Positions 37,801 through 49,400 of a stretch of 64,000 bases of DNA are shown here, piece by piece. The notes under the pieces are model-generated. The model had not been told where the DNA came from. It saw only the letters and a program-made list of their open reading frames with translations, and searched no databases. A program made the translations under genes and the position numbers. Origin of the DNA: Leptogorgia sarmentosa. Taxonomy: Eukaryota. Location: assembly GCA_964658305.1 (NCBI GenBank), contig OZ210885.1, positions 22,630,001 to 22,694,000 on the forward strand, given 5' to 3'. Position 1 is the first letter of the stretch. The number at the start of each line of letters is the position of its first letter.

Positions 37801-40800
37801 GACAGCAAATCCCATGTCCCGAGATGACCAAAGATTGGCCACACCTTGAACCAGTCGCACCACACCTAATGCACCTCCAGGAAGGCATGGATGTCGAACT
37901 CTTAATCGGTGCAAACTGCCCTCAGGCAATCGTTCCACGCGAAGTGATCCCTGGCCAGCGAAACGAACCCTATGCACAGAGAACCGATTTGGGTTGTGGA
38001 ATTATTGGAAACGTCAGTCCACCTAATATGATCGAAGACGAGAGTCCCAAGGCCATTGTTCATTGAGTAATAACGTGCAACGTGACAAACGAAGCGTCAC
38101 AGCAGAACAATTGCTATCTCGTCGTAAAACCAACCGTTAAGGAAGTTGTCAATCCCGCTCAAGTGTGTCAAATGTTAGAACTGGATTTTTCCGAAGGAAG
38201 AACGCCCGGACCGCCGATGTCGCTCGATGATCAGAAGTTCCTGTCGAAAATGGAACAGGGTGCGTATCAAGGACCAGATGGTCATTATGTCATGCCCTTA
38301 CCATTTCGCGAAGGTACGCCATCGATGCCCAACAACAAGTCACTTGCGATATACCGACTGAACAAACTGCGGACGCGTCTAGAAAGAGATGAGATGTATC
38401 GAAAAGATTATACGACGTTCATGGACGACCTCATCGTGAAAAACTATGCCGAGAAGGTATGGTGGGAGGACGGTGACCTGACGAAGGCCCCACAAGAGTA
38501 TAGAATGACCGTACACCTCTTCGGCGCGGGCTCCTCACCAGGCTGTGCTAACTACGGGCTCAAAAAAATTGCGAACGATCACGAAGACGACTTTGGATCC
38601 GAAGCTGCCAATTTTGTCAGAAACGATTTCTACGTAGACGATGGACTTATATCGGTCGACACACCTCAATGTGCCATTTCATTGATTAAGCAAACGAAAG
38701 GACTATGTGCGAGAGGCGGCCTGCGCCTTCATAAGTTTGTCTCTAACTCCAAAGAAGTAATTGCTGCGATCCCTCTCGAAGACCGTTCGTCTCCGTTGGA
38801 GAATCTCAATCTCGGTCACGACCGACTACCAATAGAACGAGCACTCAGTGTCCAGTGGTGCGTAGAGACCGACACCTTTCAACTGTGAATAACCGTGCAA
38901 GATACTCCGCTAACGAGACGAAGCATCCTATCTATGGTCACTTCAGTGTACGACCCTCTTGGATTCGTATCCCCGGTACTGCTCGTGGCGAAGCAGATCC
39001 TACAAGAGCTATGTAAGGATGGAGTTGACTGGGACGATCCAATTCCAGAGCAGATACGCACAAGATGGGAACGATGGAGGCGTGAACTCTTCCTGCTAAA
39101 CGATGTAGCTGTGCAAAGAAGCTTCAAACCCGACGGTTTTCGAGAGTTGAAATCCGTAGAGCTACACCACTTCTCTGATGCCAGTGCTTCAGGATATGGC
39201 CAGTGCACCTACGTGCGTCTCGTGAACGAAAATGATGAAATTCCTTGCTCATTGGCTATGGGAAAGTCACGCGTAACCCCATTAAGGAACGTTAACATTC
39301 CCTGTCTAGAGCTTACCGCAGCGTTTGTGTCAGTCAAGGTGAGCACCATGTTATGCCAAGAACTCGACTATGACAAGGTTACCAATATCTACTGGACCGA
39401 TAGCCGAGTAGTGTTAGGATACATCAGCAACGAGGCTCGTCGGTTCCACGTATTTGTGGCAAACCGTGTGCAGCAAATTCGCGATCAGACTTCCATCGAG
39501 CAATGGAAATACGTTGAAAGTCGAGAGAATCCAGCCGACGATGCATCGAGGGGACTGACGGCTCGCGAATTTCTCAACAGCAAACGATGGCTTCATGGTC
39601 CCGCATTGCCACTCAAGCATCGCCAGAGTGTCTGTTTAGCCTTACAGAGCGGCTTAAACCTTGTTCAACCTGGTATCGAGCCAAGATTGCAATAGCCGCA
39701 ATTCTGAGATTGCAACGACGATGCAAGAAACCCCGTCTGATACATGCAGATGAACCGAAGGCTGGTGACGTTGGATTCAAAGGGTCGAAAGTGGAAGAAC
39801 TTCTTCAGGCCGAGTTGACGATAGTTAAAGCTGTTCAAGAAGAATCGTTTGCGAAGGAGATTCGAGCAATGCACCCCGTTCAGGAACCTGAACTTAGTCG
39901 TGAAGAAGTACGAAAACGAAAGGCTACCACGAAAAGGACGAGTTCGCTTTACCGATTGGATCCATTTCTCGACAAGCAAGGCACCCTTCGAGTCGGTGGA
40001 CGCCTTACAAACTCAACCGCTCCGTTCAATGTTAAACACCCTGTTATGCTGCCACGAAAGGGACACGTCACAGCGTTGGTAATCCGTCATTACCACCTAA
40101 GAGTTCACCACCAAGGATGCGGAATGACGCTCAACGAACTACGGTCCAACGGGTTTTGGGTAATTGGAGGAACCTCCACGGTCGCGCGCTGTATCTCCGA
40201 TTGCGTCACGTGTCAGAAGCTTCGCAGGACCACCCAAGAGCAGAAGATGGCCGACTTGCCCAAAGACAGACTAGAACCTTCAGCACCTTTTACGCATTGC
40301 GGAGTCGATTACTTTGGACCATGGCTGATTAAGGAACGAAGACATGAAATGAAACGGTATGGTGTCCTATTTACCTGCCTCGCATCAAGAGCAATACACC
40401 TCGAAGTGGCAAGGAGTCTCGAGACTGACTCCTTCCTCAACGCCCTAAGAATTTTTGTGCTCTCTGCAACAATGACAGAAATGGACTACTCCCCGCCGAA
40501 ATATGCTAGTTGGCGACATTGTGTTGTTGTCTGACGATAACGTGCCTAGAAATCGTTGGTGTATGGGTCGTGTCGAAGAAGCCTATGCCGATCAAGATGG
40601 ACTCGTGCGGAAGGTCAGGCTTCTGATGAGCGATTCCTCATTGAATCACAAGGGTGAACGTGTGAAGACAAGAACTGTTTTGGAACGACCGATCCACAAG
40701 TTGGTGTTACTTTTAAAGAACCAGCAAACCGAACTTCAAGATTAGATTCCCCGACAAGGAGCCATTTGGAACTCCTAACAGTAGTTATACTATATGATTA

Positions 40801-41119
40801 AGTTGAGTTTATGTTGTAAATTGTTGAAAGTCAACGAATTTAAGGGAGCCATGTAACCGCTGACGATACTTTCCGAATACAGAAGGTCGGGTTCGGGCCC
40901 CCGGAGAGAACTCAGTCAAAATAAATACAAATTTAAAAAACATGCACAACAAAACTTTGTTCTACGTCATTCAAATAAATTCTTACGATTAGTTGCGTCA
41001 CGATTATTTGTTTGCCAGTTTCAACGAACAAGTTTTAATTCCTGGATAGAGCATCACGACTCACAACTTTATAGAGCGAAGTAAACGAACGAATACGCGA
41101 AGGCTCGCTAGGAGTTACA
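34820..41119 (+). mobile_element. BEL/Pao LTR retrotransposon, internally deleted
   Basis: LTRs 34820-35122 and 40852-41119 (TGTAAC...GTTACA). 5-bp TSD GTTTT. PPT TTAAGGGAGCCA. gag zinc knuckles, LLDDQSDTTF protease, FYVDD, YDPLG, HHFSDAS, NPADDASRG, GVDYFGP. Confidence 0.96.
35372..40745 (+). pseudogene. BEL/Pao gag-pol polyprotein, with frameshifts, stops and two large deletions
   Basis: ORFs 35246-36793, 36655-37827, 37824-38888, 38895-39695, 39587-40534 and 40503-40745 follow the order gag-PR-RT-RH-IN. Confidence 0.92.
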
Positions 41120-41815
41120 GTTTTCTTTTGAAATTTTATCAATAATTTTGAATATATAATTTGAGAAATTCTCCAAATTTGCATTAGGATGTCTATAGGT
41201 TACTCCACATAATATATTCCGTTGGGACTGACAATTAATTTCAATCCATAGGCCTTCAAAATCATCAGTAGATATTGTGAAATCTTCACGAATATGATAT
41301 TTTAAGCTATCATCAACATAGAACCCAACTCCACCAGCACTATGTAAAGTAGGTTGGGAGATGAATTTATACCCAAGTAGATCTGTGTTAGTTATAATTT
41401 TCTTATTCTGCACTATTCTAGTCTCAGTAAGTCCTATCACACTAAACTTATATTGGATAGAAGATAATAATGTTGTTAACATATCAAAATTTGCTCCCAG
41501 GCTTCTTATATTGCAGTGAAATACAGAGAAGAAAGAGTCCACTTTTTCAGCAATTTCGTTTCTGCTATTAAAATCATGTACAGTATAATATTTAAAGTTC
41601 ACTTGTGGTATTAAATTTTCTTCAATGTCAGATGACACTAGATTGGGCATATTAGTTAAGGAAGACAAATCCAGTGTTGGTGGATCATTGTGATTATTAG
41701 ACATATTAAATGTTGAATGTTTTTATAATACTTATCTTGCAGTGGAAGATAGCTTCACTAGATCCTCTTTGGTTTTAATAAGATGCACGGGATTTGTTTC
41801 ATTACTTTTTTTTCA

Positions 41816-42216
41816 TTACTTAATTCTGCCAGATCTTGTCCAGATAAATTTGAAATTATGTTCACACTTAAATTTTAAGCATTCATTAAATAGTACCTTG
41901 TTTTGGGGGCTTAGACTTTCTGAAATATAAATCTTGTTGCTTGAGCCACTACCAAGGTTCAGATCAGCAGTTGACTTATTCTTCAGGTACTTACGACTTT
42001 CATAAAATTTTTCCTTGACATCTCTTCGCACAAATTTACTATTATTTTGGGTGTATTACTCGACGTTTGAGAGCTATTTCTGGCCGCTGAAGCATAGTTA
42101 GCCTTCGTATTTGGTAAACGATGGCTGGTGGATATATCACTCTCATTTACTGAAACACCAATAAGGGCCCCAACTTTCATTACCACATTGTTGGTACCTT
42201 TGTGGAGACCTTTCAT
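41816..42216 (-). pseudogene. LINE ORF1 C-terminal part (5'-truncated, frameshifted)
   Basis: ORFs 41983-42216 and 41816-42031 carry CR1/L2 ORF1-like motifs. Confidence 0.8.
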
Positions 42217-42773
42217 CAGCTTCCAGTGTGCGACAATATACTGAATATCACATTCCGTGCCTTAGATGTGCCATCGAGCGAGTTTTGATGAGACCAAATG
42301 AGCAAAATTTAAACATAATCACTCCTTTGGCCCCATGTTCGAAAAAACCACAAAAATTGTCATTTTGTCGCAAAGCATCACGGTATTTTTGAGCCATACT
42401 TTCTCAATTTTAAAAAAAATCTCCTTAATATATTTAATTTCATTTATTTCCTCAACTTTTCGAAACCACTAAGCATCACAACAAGTTTAGTCACAGAAAT
42501 ATTGAAAATATTGATTTATTATAATTATTGTGTTTAGAATCAATGGAGACCCAGCGCAAAACAATATTTTTGATTCATGCAAGGTATCTGACATGGTACG
42601 TATAGTGACATTCTTGATTAATGCATGGTTAATATTAGAGCTACTTGAATAGAAATTGTCCCTGTATAAAATATGGTTTCTTTATAAAACATTATAAACA
42701 TGGTTTTTTACTTATTCTGAAAATAGTAAATAATCTAACAGTATTTTCTTTGTTTTTTCTATGTACTTACTAG

Positions 42774-44537
42774 AATTTATATCCCACAGTGAAAGCAAGG
42801 TTGTTAGCTTTGCGATTCATTGATTCTAATCCATGCTGTGTTAGAGATATTCCGTATGAAAACGACAACAAAACAGCTCACCAGAAATCGTTTGTTATGT
42901 GTTTATACGTGGATAGTGGTAACAAAGGTGTTCCAGAAGACCTCAAACAGGCCGCAAATGAAATGTTCGTAGATTATGAAATTCAGTATGTAGACCTCCA
43001 ACGAAGACCACTTCCTAAGATTGTCACCCGACTTCCTGCATCCCAAAAGGTGAAGGATAAAGAACTGAGAGATTTGTCAAAGATAATAGAGAAGAATCTC
43101 CACGTGTTTGAAAACAGGTTAAGCGTGACCAGTTCAAGCTTCTTACAAAGTTGTCGAATCCATTGAGAGAGATATCCCCTGCGTCACCGTGTTCCGGAAG
43201 GAAGGAAACCGTTAGGAGAAACTGACCTGAAGGAACTACATAATAATCTGTTCGGCGTTGATCTCGATATTGTAGAAGGGTATTATCAGCCATGCTCGAA
43301 TGATCATGATTATAAATCATACACATATCCTTTGCTTGGTGGAGTTGGCATTGGGGTTGGTAATGCAGATGATAAAGGTGTTGGAACACTGGGTGGATTT
43401 TTAGAAGACGAAAACGGAAAGCGTTACATTTTGTCTTGTGAGCATCTTCTTAATCCCTACAAAAGTGTTGACCCTAACCATGAAATCGTTCAACCAGCTA
43501 AAATAGATTTCACAAAGACGCTGGAAGATGCTTCATCGACAGTAAATGATTTGACGAAAAAGCTAGAAAAGCAAGAAAACAAAATGGAAATGCTGGAAAC
43601 AACTGCAGACCCGGGCATTGAACGGCAGAAAGAGCGTGTCGCAAAAACCAAGAAACAGTTAGAAGAATGGAAAAGAAAAGAGTCAAATATTGTGGAGTCT
43701 CAAAGTCCAAGAATAATTGGCAAATACTGCTGTGGTTTGAGGGCAACTGTGAAAATTGGTGGAAACTGTGCAAATGTTCATGTCGCTTCAGCGGTTGATG
43801 AATACTGTTGTAATTGTGGTTTAAAAGAGAAGGAAGTGGTCGAAGATCGCGAAAAATGTAAATGTTTTAAGGTTTATATTGATGCAGCAATTTCTGAACT
43901 AAATGACGACGAAGCTAAAGAACTTAAACTGGAGAAAGACGATGAACTCGATGATGATTTTTCTCCTCTGTACGGTTTCAAAAACGACAAAGAGAAGGAT
44001 TTCAAACCTAAAGGACACATTGTTGATCTGAAGGAATTTAACTGTCATCATCATGATTTGAGATTTATGAAAATTGGTTGAACAACGAAACTAACAAGCA
44101 ATGGTCAAATAGAAACTAGTAACTTTTTTCTAAATCGTTACGGATTCAAGAAAGATGTATGCACCGGTAACTTATCGTCTGTTCCTTACATTTTATATTG
44201 TAACAGTTGTGAACCACCAACCAATGAAAATACAGTGGATCTGACATGTTTTAGAGAGCGGCCATGTTGTGCAAAATGTAAAAAAGAGATTGAGAGGAAC
44301 GACGGTACAGCATAATGGGCGTATAATTGTATGGCTATCCGGGTGTCTATGGAACGATTTTGTAAAGAAGGTGATTCCGGTGCCCTCGTGTTCGATAATA
44401 AAGGTCGTGTTTGGGGTATGATATTTGGTACATTTCAGGCGGACAGTATCAACTTCCATTTCGGTTCAGCAACGCCAATTAGCGCTATTTTACAAACTCT
44501 TGGGAAGATTTCGGGAAGGACCTTTACTCTTTCGTAA
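42774..44537 (+). pseudogene. Trypsin-fold serine protease exon (Nal1/Ssy5-like), disrupted
   Basis: GTLGGF..YILSCEH (His), IDAAI (Asp), KIG*TT, EGDSGALV (Ser), WGMIFG. Polypyrimidine acceptor ending at 42773. Frameshift at ~43130 and stops at ~43226, 44079 and ~44313. Confidence 0.78.
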
Positions 44538-44843
44538 GTTATCAATAAATATTGACCGAGTGCGAGGTTTGTACAGTGGAATATAGGACTGTGATAAGGA
44601 AACCGAAATCCGATATTTCAATGTACTGACTGTCACTAAATAGGTTAATACTTAACAAAGCAATTATTTACTTGAACAATTGTTTGGTTTATCGTTATTG
44701 CAGAAAAATATTCCGATTCGAGAGAAGTACAGGTGTGTATAGATGAACAAATGTGTGTGAGACCTTGAAAATTGAATTTCCAAAACCTCTGGAAACCTCG
44801 ACAAATTCTCAACATTTTCTTCGTTCTGGGAAAATCTGCGCCC

Positions 44844-45024
44844 ACATCTAACATAGCTCGCCGCGCGAAGGTCCCATAAACTTAAACTTTGTAACAATAT
44901 TCAGGAAAGTTATTTCTTTCTGATATATTTTATAACCCTATGTTTTTTTTCATCTATCTGACTATATTTGGAGAAAATTTGAGAGAAATTGGATAAAAAT
45001 TCGCCGAGTAATGGTAAATCTCCC
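44844..45024. repeat. 181-bp dispersed repeat, copy 1
   Basis: Near-identical to 54079-54260 with the same boundaries. Confidence 0.9.
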
Positions 45025-46258
45025 TGTATCTATCGCTTTCCTACGTGCATAAGCATAGTATGACTTTAGAAATATAATATCTTTCATCTATTTTACACTT
45101 ATAGGCAGAAAAGAGAACCTTCGCTGGAATGGTGATAAGCTAAAAGACTGAAAGTTAAAAACTAAACATTCTCCTGGATTTTCAAATCAGGGTTGATTGA
45201 TATTCATTTAGTTGATAACTGACCGTCACTGTTACAAACGTCGTAATAATTAATTGATATTTCGCACCATAACTAATAATTAGTATAATTTATGAAAAAA
45301 CATTTTCTTGACTTGAAGGCGTGCGTGTTTACATTAAGAGACTTTACGTAAGATAGTTTTGAGAAAAACATGGATTGATATTGGCGAATTTACTTGAGAT
45401 CGCCATAAGATGTAAGTGTATCTGTATTTGAAGGAATAGTTCGCCTAGTGCTAGCTCTAACTGCGTTATTTGTTTCTAACATTGTAGCGACCCTTTATTC
45501 ATACGACTTAATGTGAACTTATTGATATTGGTATTAAAACAAGTAAAATGAGAGTGTAGTAAAGAGTATGATCGTGGAGATTCTCAATGACCTAAATGAT
45601 ATTCAGTTGGGTTCGTTCCCAACATTTACTAGTGTAGTCTTTATTGAATATTGACCCACAAATTCCACATTTGACTTTGTAATGTCTTCCAACAGGCATC
45701 TGTAAAATAACAGTGTAATAATTATATACAGGCGACTGCACAAGCATTATTCATAAGTCATGATCATATAGGCCGTTTGCTGTGATACGATAAAGTGACT
45801 AAAAATGGGTTTTCATTAAGCATGTCGTGGAACTGAAATATTTTTACACAACATACCACTTTGAGGGATGCTGAATTCAAATCCGAAAAGTTCCCACTTA
45901 CCAGACCCGCAGTTTTTTAGCAAAACGCTTGTTTATTTTTCGATTTTTCGCTTCTCGCCCGCCATTTTGAAACTATTTTGCATTACATTCCATCGCTCAC
46001 AGTCATGATTATTTTGCCCCAGTCTTTCCAATTCTTGGCCGAGTAGTCATTTTCGTTAATGGAATGTTAAAATCACTGACCTGCATAAAAAACTGGATTG
46101 AGTGCTTATTGTGTCAAACGCGGGTGAGCGCTGTGAAAAAGCAGCTCGAGCTCTGTCTAGTTAGTTTTTTTAAAACTTTTTGTGCTATACAAAAATATTA
46201 AGCATATATTTCTGACTCACCTTCCAACTGAAAGAACCCTTCTATTTCGCTTCAATTT

Positions 46259-46426
46259 ACGGACGTAGCTAGAGCGTTAAATTGGGGGGGGGGGGGGGGA
46301 TATTTATATATGAGTATTCTGGTCGTCTCATCTCTTTTGAAATCAGTTATTTTTGAATTAATTTCAATAGAAATCTGTCGGGCAGAACATGAACACCCCC
46401 CATTTAAAGTTCTAGGTACGCCCCTG
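46259..46426. mobile_element. Degenerate hAT-type MITE
   Basis: Ends ...GGTACGCCCCTG. G-run and ttttgaaatcagtt core resemble the MITEs at 17403 and 29962. Confidence 0.55.
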
Positions 46427-46443
46427 TTGATATCGCGGGGGGT

Positions 46444-49400
46444 TCATTCATCTTCGTTGTCGCTGTCATCAGTGGAACATTCTGAGTAATCGTAAGTATC
46501 CGCATCATTACTGTCATCATTTTCTCTGAGCTCGTTTTTGCAGTTAGTGCACTTACACAGGTCTGAGCACCTCAACGTCGCCTTCACGCACGAACACCTG
46601 TTATTCTCGCAGCCTTTTGTACATTTACAATGGACGAATTCCAAAACAGAATCGGGAGCCGGTGGAAGGGTCATCCAGTTAACCGAAACGTCGCCTTGAT
46701 CATCTATTTTCCACCCATGGTCGCAGAAATTTGGCAGGTTTTGTACTGGCTGATTTGCGTGTCGCCAGATGTAACATTGGTAGTTAGCTCGATTGATATG
46801 TTGATCGAGTGAGTCCTGGTTTGGAGGCAGTGAATCTTCTTCGTATTTTCCACCTTTGAACATTTGGTACCGAACAGAATTGACGTCGCAAAATCCTTGA
46901 AAGCCATACCAGTGACACACAAAACCGTACAAGCCATCTCTCAATTCTGCGGAAGGAACCAATGTAGCGCCCATGTTTTGGAAAAGACTTGCATATATAT
47001 CTTTCGTTCTAGCGATTTTTAGCGCTGTAACTTTGCCTTTTCCGTAAAAGGAACTCGTGGTGTCGCATCCTTTAGTAAACGAGAATGAAAACGTCAGTTT
47101 TTAATACTAAATTTGTAGTGCGTTAGTTAATTATTAGAGAGCCTTCGCACATGACGTTACGGCCACCATGTTGGTGTACTAGAACAAAAGAATTTTAAAT
47201 ATATTCTTTTGAAAATACACCAACATGGCCACTAGATTCTTTGTTGGTTTGATCCCCAGGGACTGAGTACAAACGCTCTATAGGTTATTCAGGTCCAAAG
47301 TAATTTATCCTTTTTTCTGCGTACGGTGAAAATTACCTGTAAATGCATGAATGCCGATCAGCGCGCTACACCACTGGTCACCAAAGTGTTGCTTAACCTT
47401 GTTTAACGAAATGATCCTTTTCCGATTTCCAACACCCGTTTCGAATAGCAATGCTGCATCAATCCCTAAACAAGCATTCAATGCAATGAAGAAGACGTCT
47501 GTGTCTGGACTCCTGATGACAATGGTGGAGTAATCCTGGCATGCATGTCCTGCGTGTGTAATCATTCGCGTATCTGCCTCTTCGTGATCACAGCGAAGCT
47601 CCTCGATTTCGTGGCTAATCATTTCGCCATTTACCTCGAAAAGCTTGTGGCACGTATCTTCGTGTGCAATAAACACTGTGATGCCCTTCAGTAAACGCGG
47701 GTCTGCCTTGCTCCACGTAATGAAAATAAATTTCATTAGTTCTTCCTTATTTTCTCCGGAACACATAAACTTCTTCCACTGGCGGGGGGTCTTCTGCTGT
47801 TCACCATAAATTCGAATAACCTGGACACCACTAGCCGCTCGTCTATTCCTTTCCAGGTCTTTAATGCTCTGTCGCGGATAACGATCGCAGACAAAGTCTA
47901 TCCGCTTGGAGTTGGAAAACACTGCCATGTTCACAATTTTGAGAAGTAATTGTGTTGCCAGTTCGCCGAACGTGTCAGGAATTTCTATCATGGTTTGTAT
48001 CATGGCCATTGCGTCGACAATATACGCTTTCTCTAATTCAGTAGGATTATCAACAGAAGTATCATTTACTTCTCCTTCAACGGCGCTGACCAATTTGGAC
48101 TTGACAGTTTTCATCAGATCCCCTTCATTTGTTGCTAGTGAACAAGGGAAAGGTCGCAGAGAGTATTTCAGGACCTCTTCCATTTGCAGGTTACGACTCT
48201 TGGCTACCAAGAGCATCTTTGCGAAAAGATTTTTTGAATTCTTCAAGGTTACAAGTTTCCCTTTCCTGCTTTTACTCGTAACTTTTTTGCCGAGTTCGGA
48301 GAATGTTTGCAGTTTCGTTTTTGGTATTGTGCAGTAAATGTTCGGTTCCTGCCCAACGATGTTAGTTTCCATAAACTTAACGGCAGCAGATTCTCCTTTT
48401 TTCTGCATGGTTTTCATGTCATTCGCGATCGCAGGAGTGGCAACAGTTCCGCTTACCAGCTGCACAAGTTCATGCTGGGCGCTCTCAAAGGGATTTATCA
48501 TGGACTCGATTGTATTGATTACACTGACTATTGCCTTCTCATCTGCTTTTGTTCTTGTTTCGTCCAAATCTTTTCTCATCCTAAATTAATGATGATATCT
48601 ACATCAACACTTTCCTCAATTAAATATTATTTTGAAATGATTCAAGCTGTTAAAACATTACTGAATTACCTTTTAATTTCAGTTACATTTGCCATGTCTT
48701 CACATTGCCTTGTGATAGCACTTCTCTCCGCCTGTCCCATCAACCAACGATGCACTGCTCCTTTATTTAGAGTCATCCCCACTAAACCACCTTTCATTTT
48801 GGAATCTCTAACAAAAATAATAGAAAAGACTAAAATAGCTAAAACTCTTGTGAAAGGAGTGAAGCCATGGGTTTCCTCCAGACACTTTGCTTTCCTCCCC
48901 AGGAGATTAAGTTAACTTGGTTAGGTGATTGGACCCACAGTTATTAGCATATACTGTTGTGACTTCGTCCTTGTGGCGAAGCCAAATGAACTAAACAACA
49001 GAAGTCAATAGTCAAAGTAAGAGAATTCTAACCTATTCAATGTCTGTTCAATTGTTTGGTCACACGCCACACTTGAGAATGCATATTGCCCTTGTCTTTG
49101 AACTGTCCAGTTTTCTGAAATGGTTGCAGCAACATCTAGGACAAAGAGAAAGTATTCGTTGATGTGAAAACTGAATAACCTTATTTACATATGTATATTA
49201 AAGCAGACTTACATGGGTGTGTTTTCTCCAGGCATACCATTTCAAGCCAGTAGCACGGTCCATATCTGGAATAATTTATCCGATCAGTGACAAAGAACCA
49301 GGGAATCATCGATCTCAGTGAGCTCAGATGTAATGACCAGTCTGACGTTCTCGTCGCCCTGATGTAAAGCAGTAGTAGTTGTACCATCTCTATATAATTT

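Larger units (their letters stand above)
24960..41704 (-). pseudogene. LINE ORF2 (APE endonuclease + RT) in three pieces: 41704-41120, 34819-32705, 25255-~24960
   Basis: The frame is continuous across the BEL TSD (KISKEN-KYSTIMGDFN) and across the Kolobok TTAA (HTSPIFK-LYNLLKFSDI). Several frameshifts. Confidence 0.9.
24729..42215 (-). mobile_element. CR1/L2-group LINE, near full length, split by Kolobok and BEL insertions
   Basis: ORF1 C-terminus (SHRLP, IYISESLS, FIWTRSGRI). APE endonuclease (HCNIRSL, GLTET, GDFN, SDHLP). RT (NYRPISLL, GVPQGSVLGPLLF, FADD). 3' AATAAA(TTGA)n tail at ~24729-24749. Confidence 0.93.
14023..42424 (+). mobile_element. Sola3-like DNA transposon (~11 kb after removing the nested LINE), three genes
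   Basis: TTAA|GAGGAGATTTTTTAAAAAATTGAG...GGCTCAAAA on the left and TTTTGAGCC...CTCAATTTTAAAAAAAATCTCC|TTAA on the right. Sola3-type transposase motifs inside. Confidence 0.65.

Noticed and set aside
46444..48579. Host XPG/FEN1 or tesmin gene
   Set aside because: It is spliced in frame to the Academ transposase, within TIRs.
48850..48960. tRNA or SINE in an Academ intron
   Set aside because: Only a weak SINE-like gggtttcctcc...tttcctccc segment is present, with no cloverleaf or defined ends.
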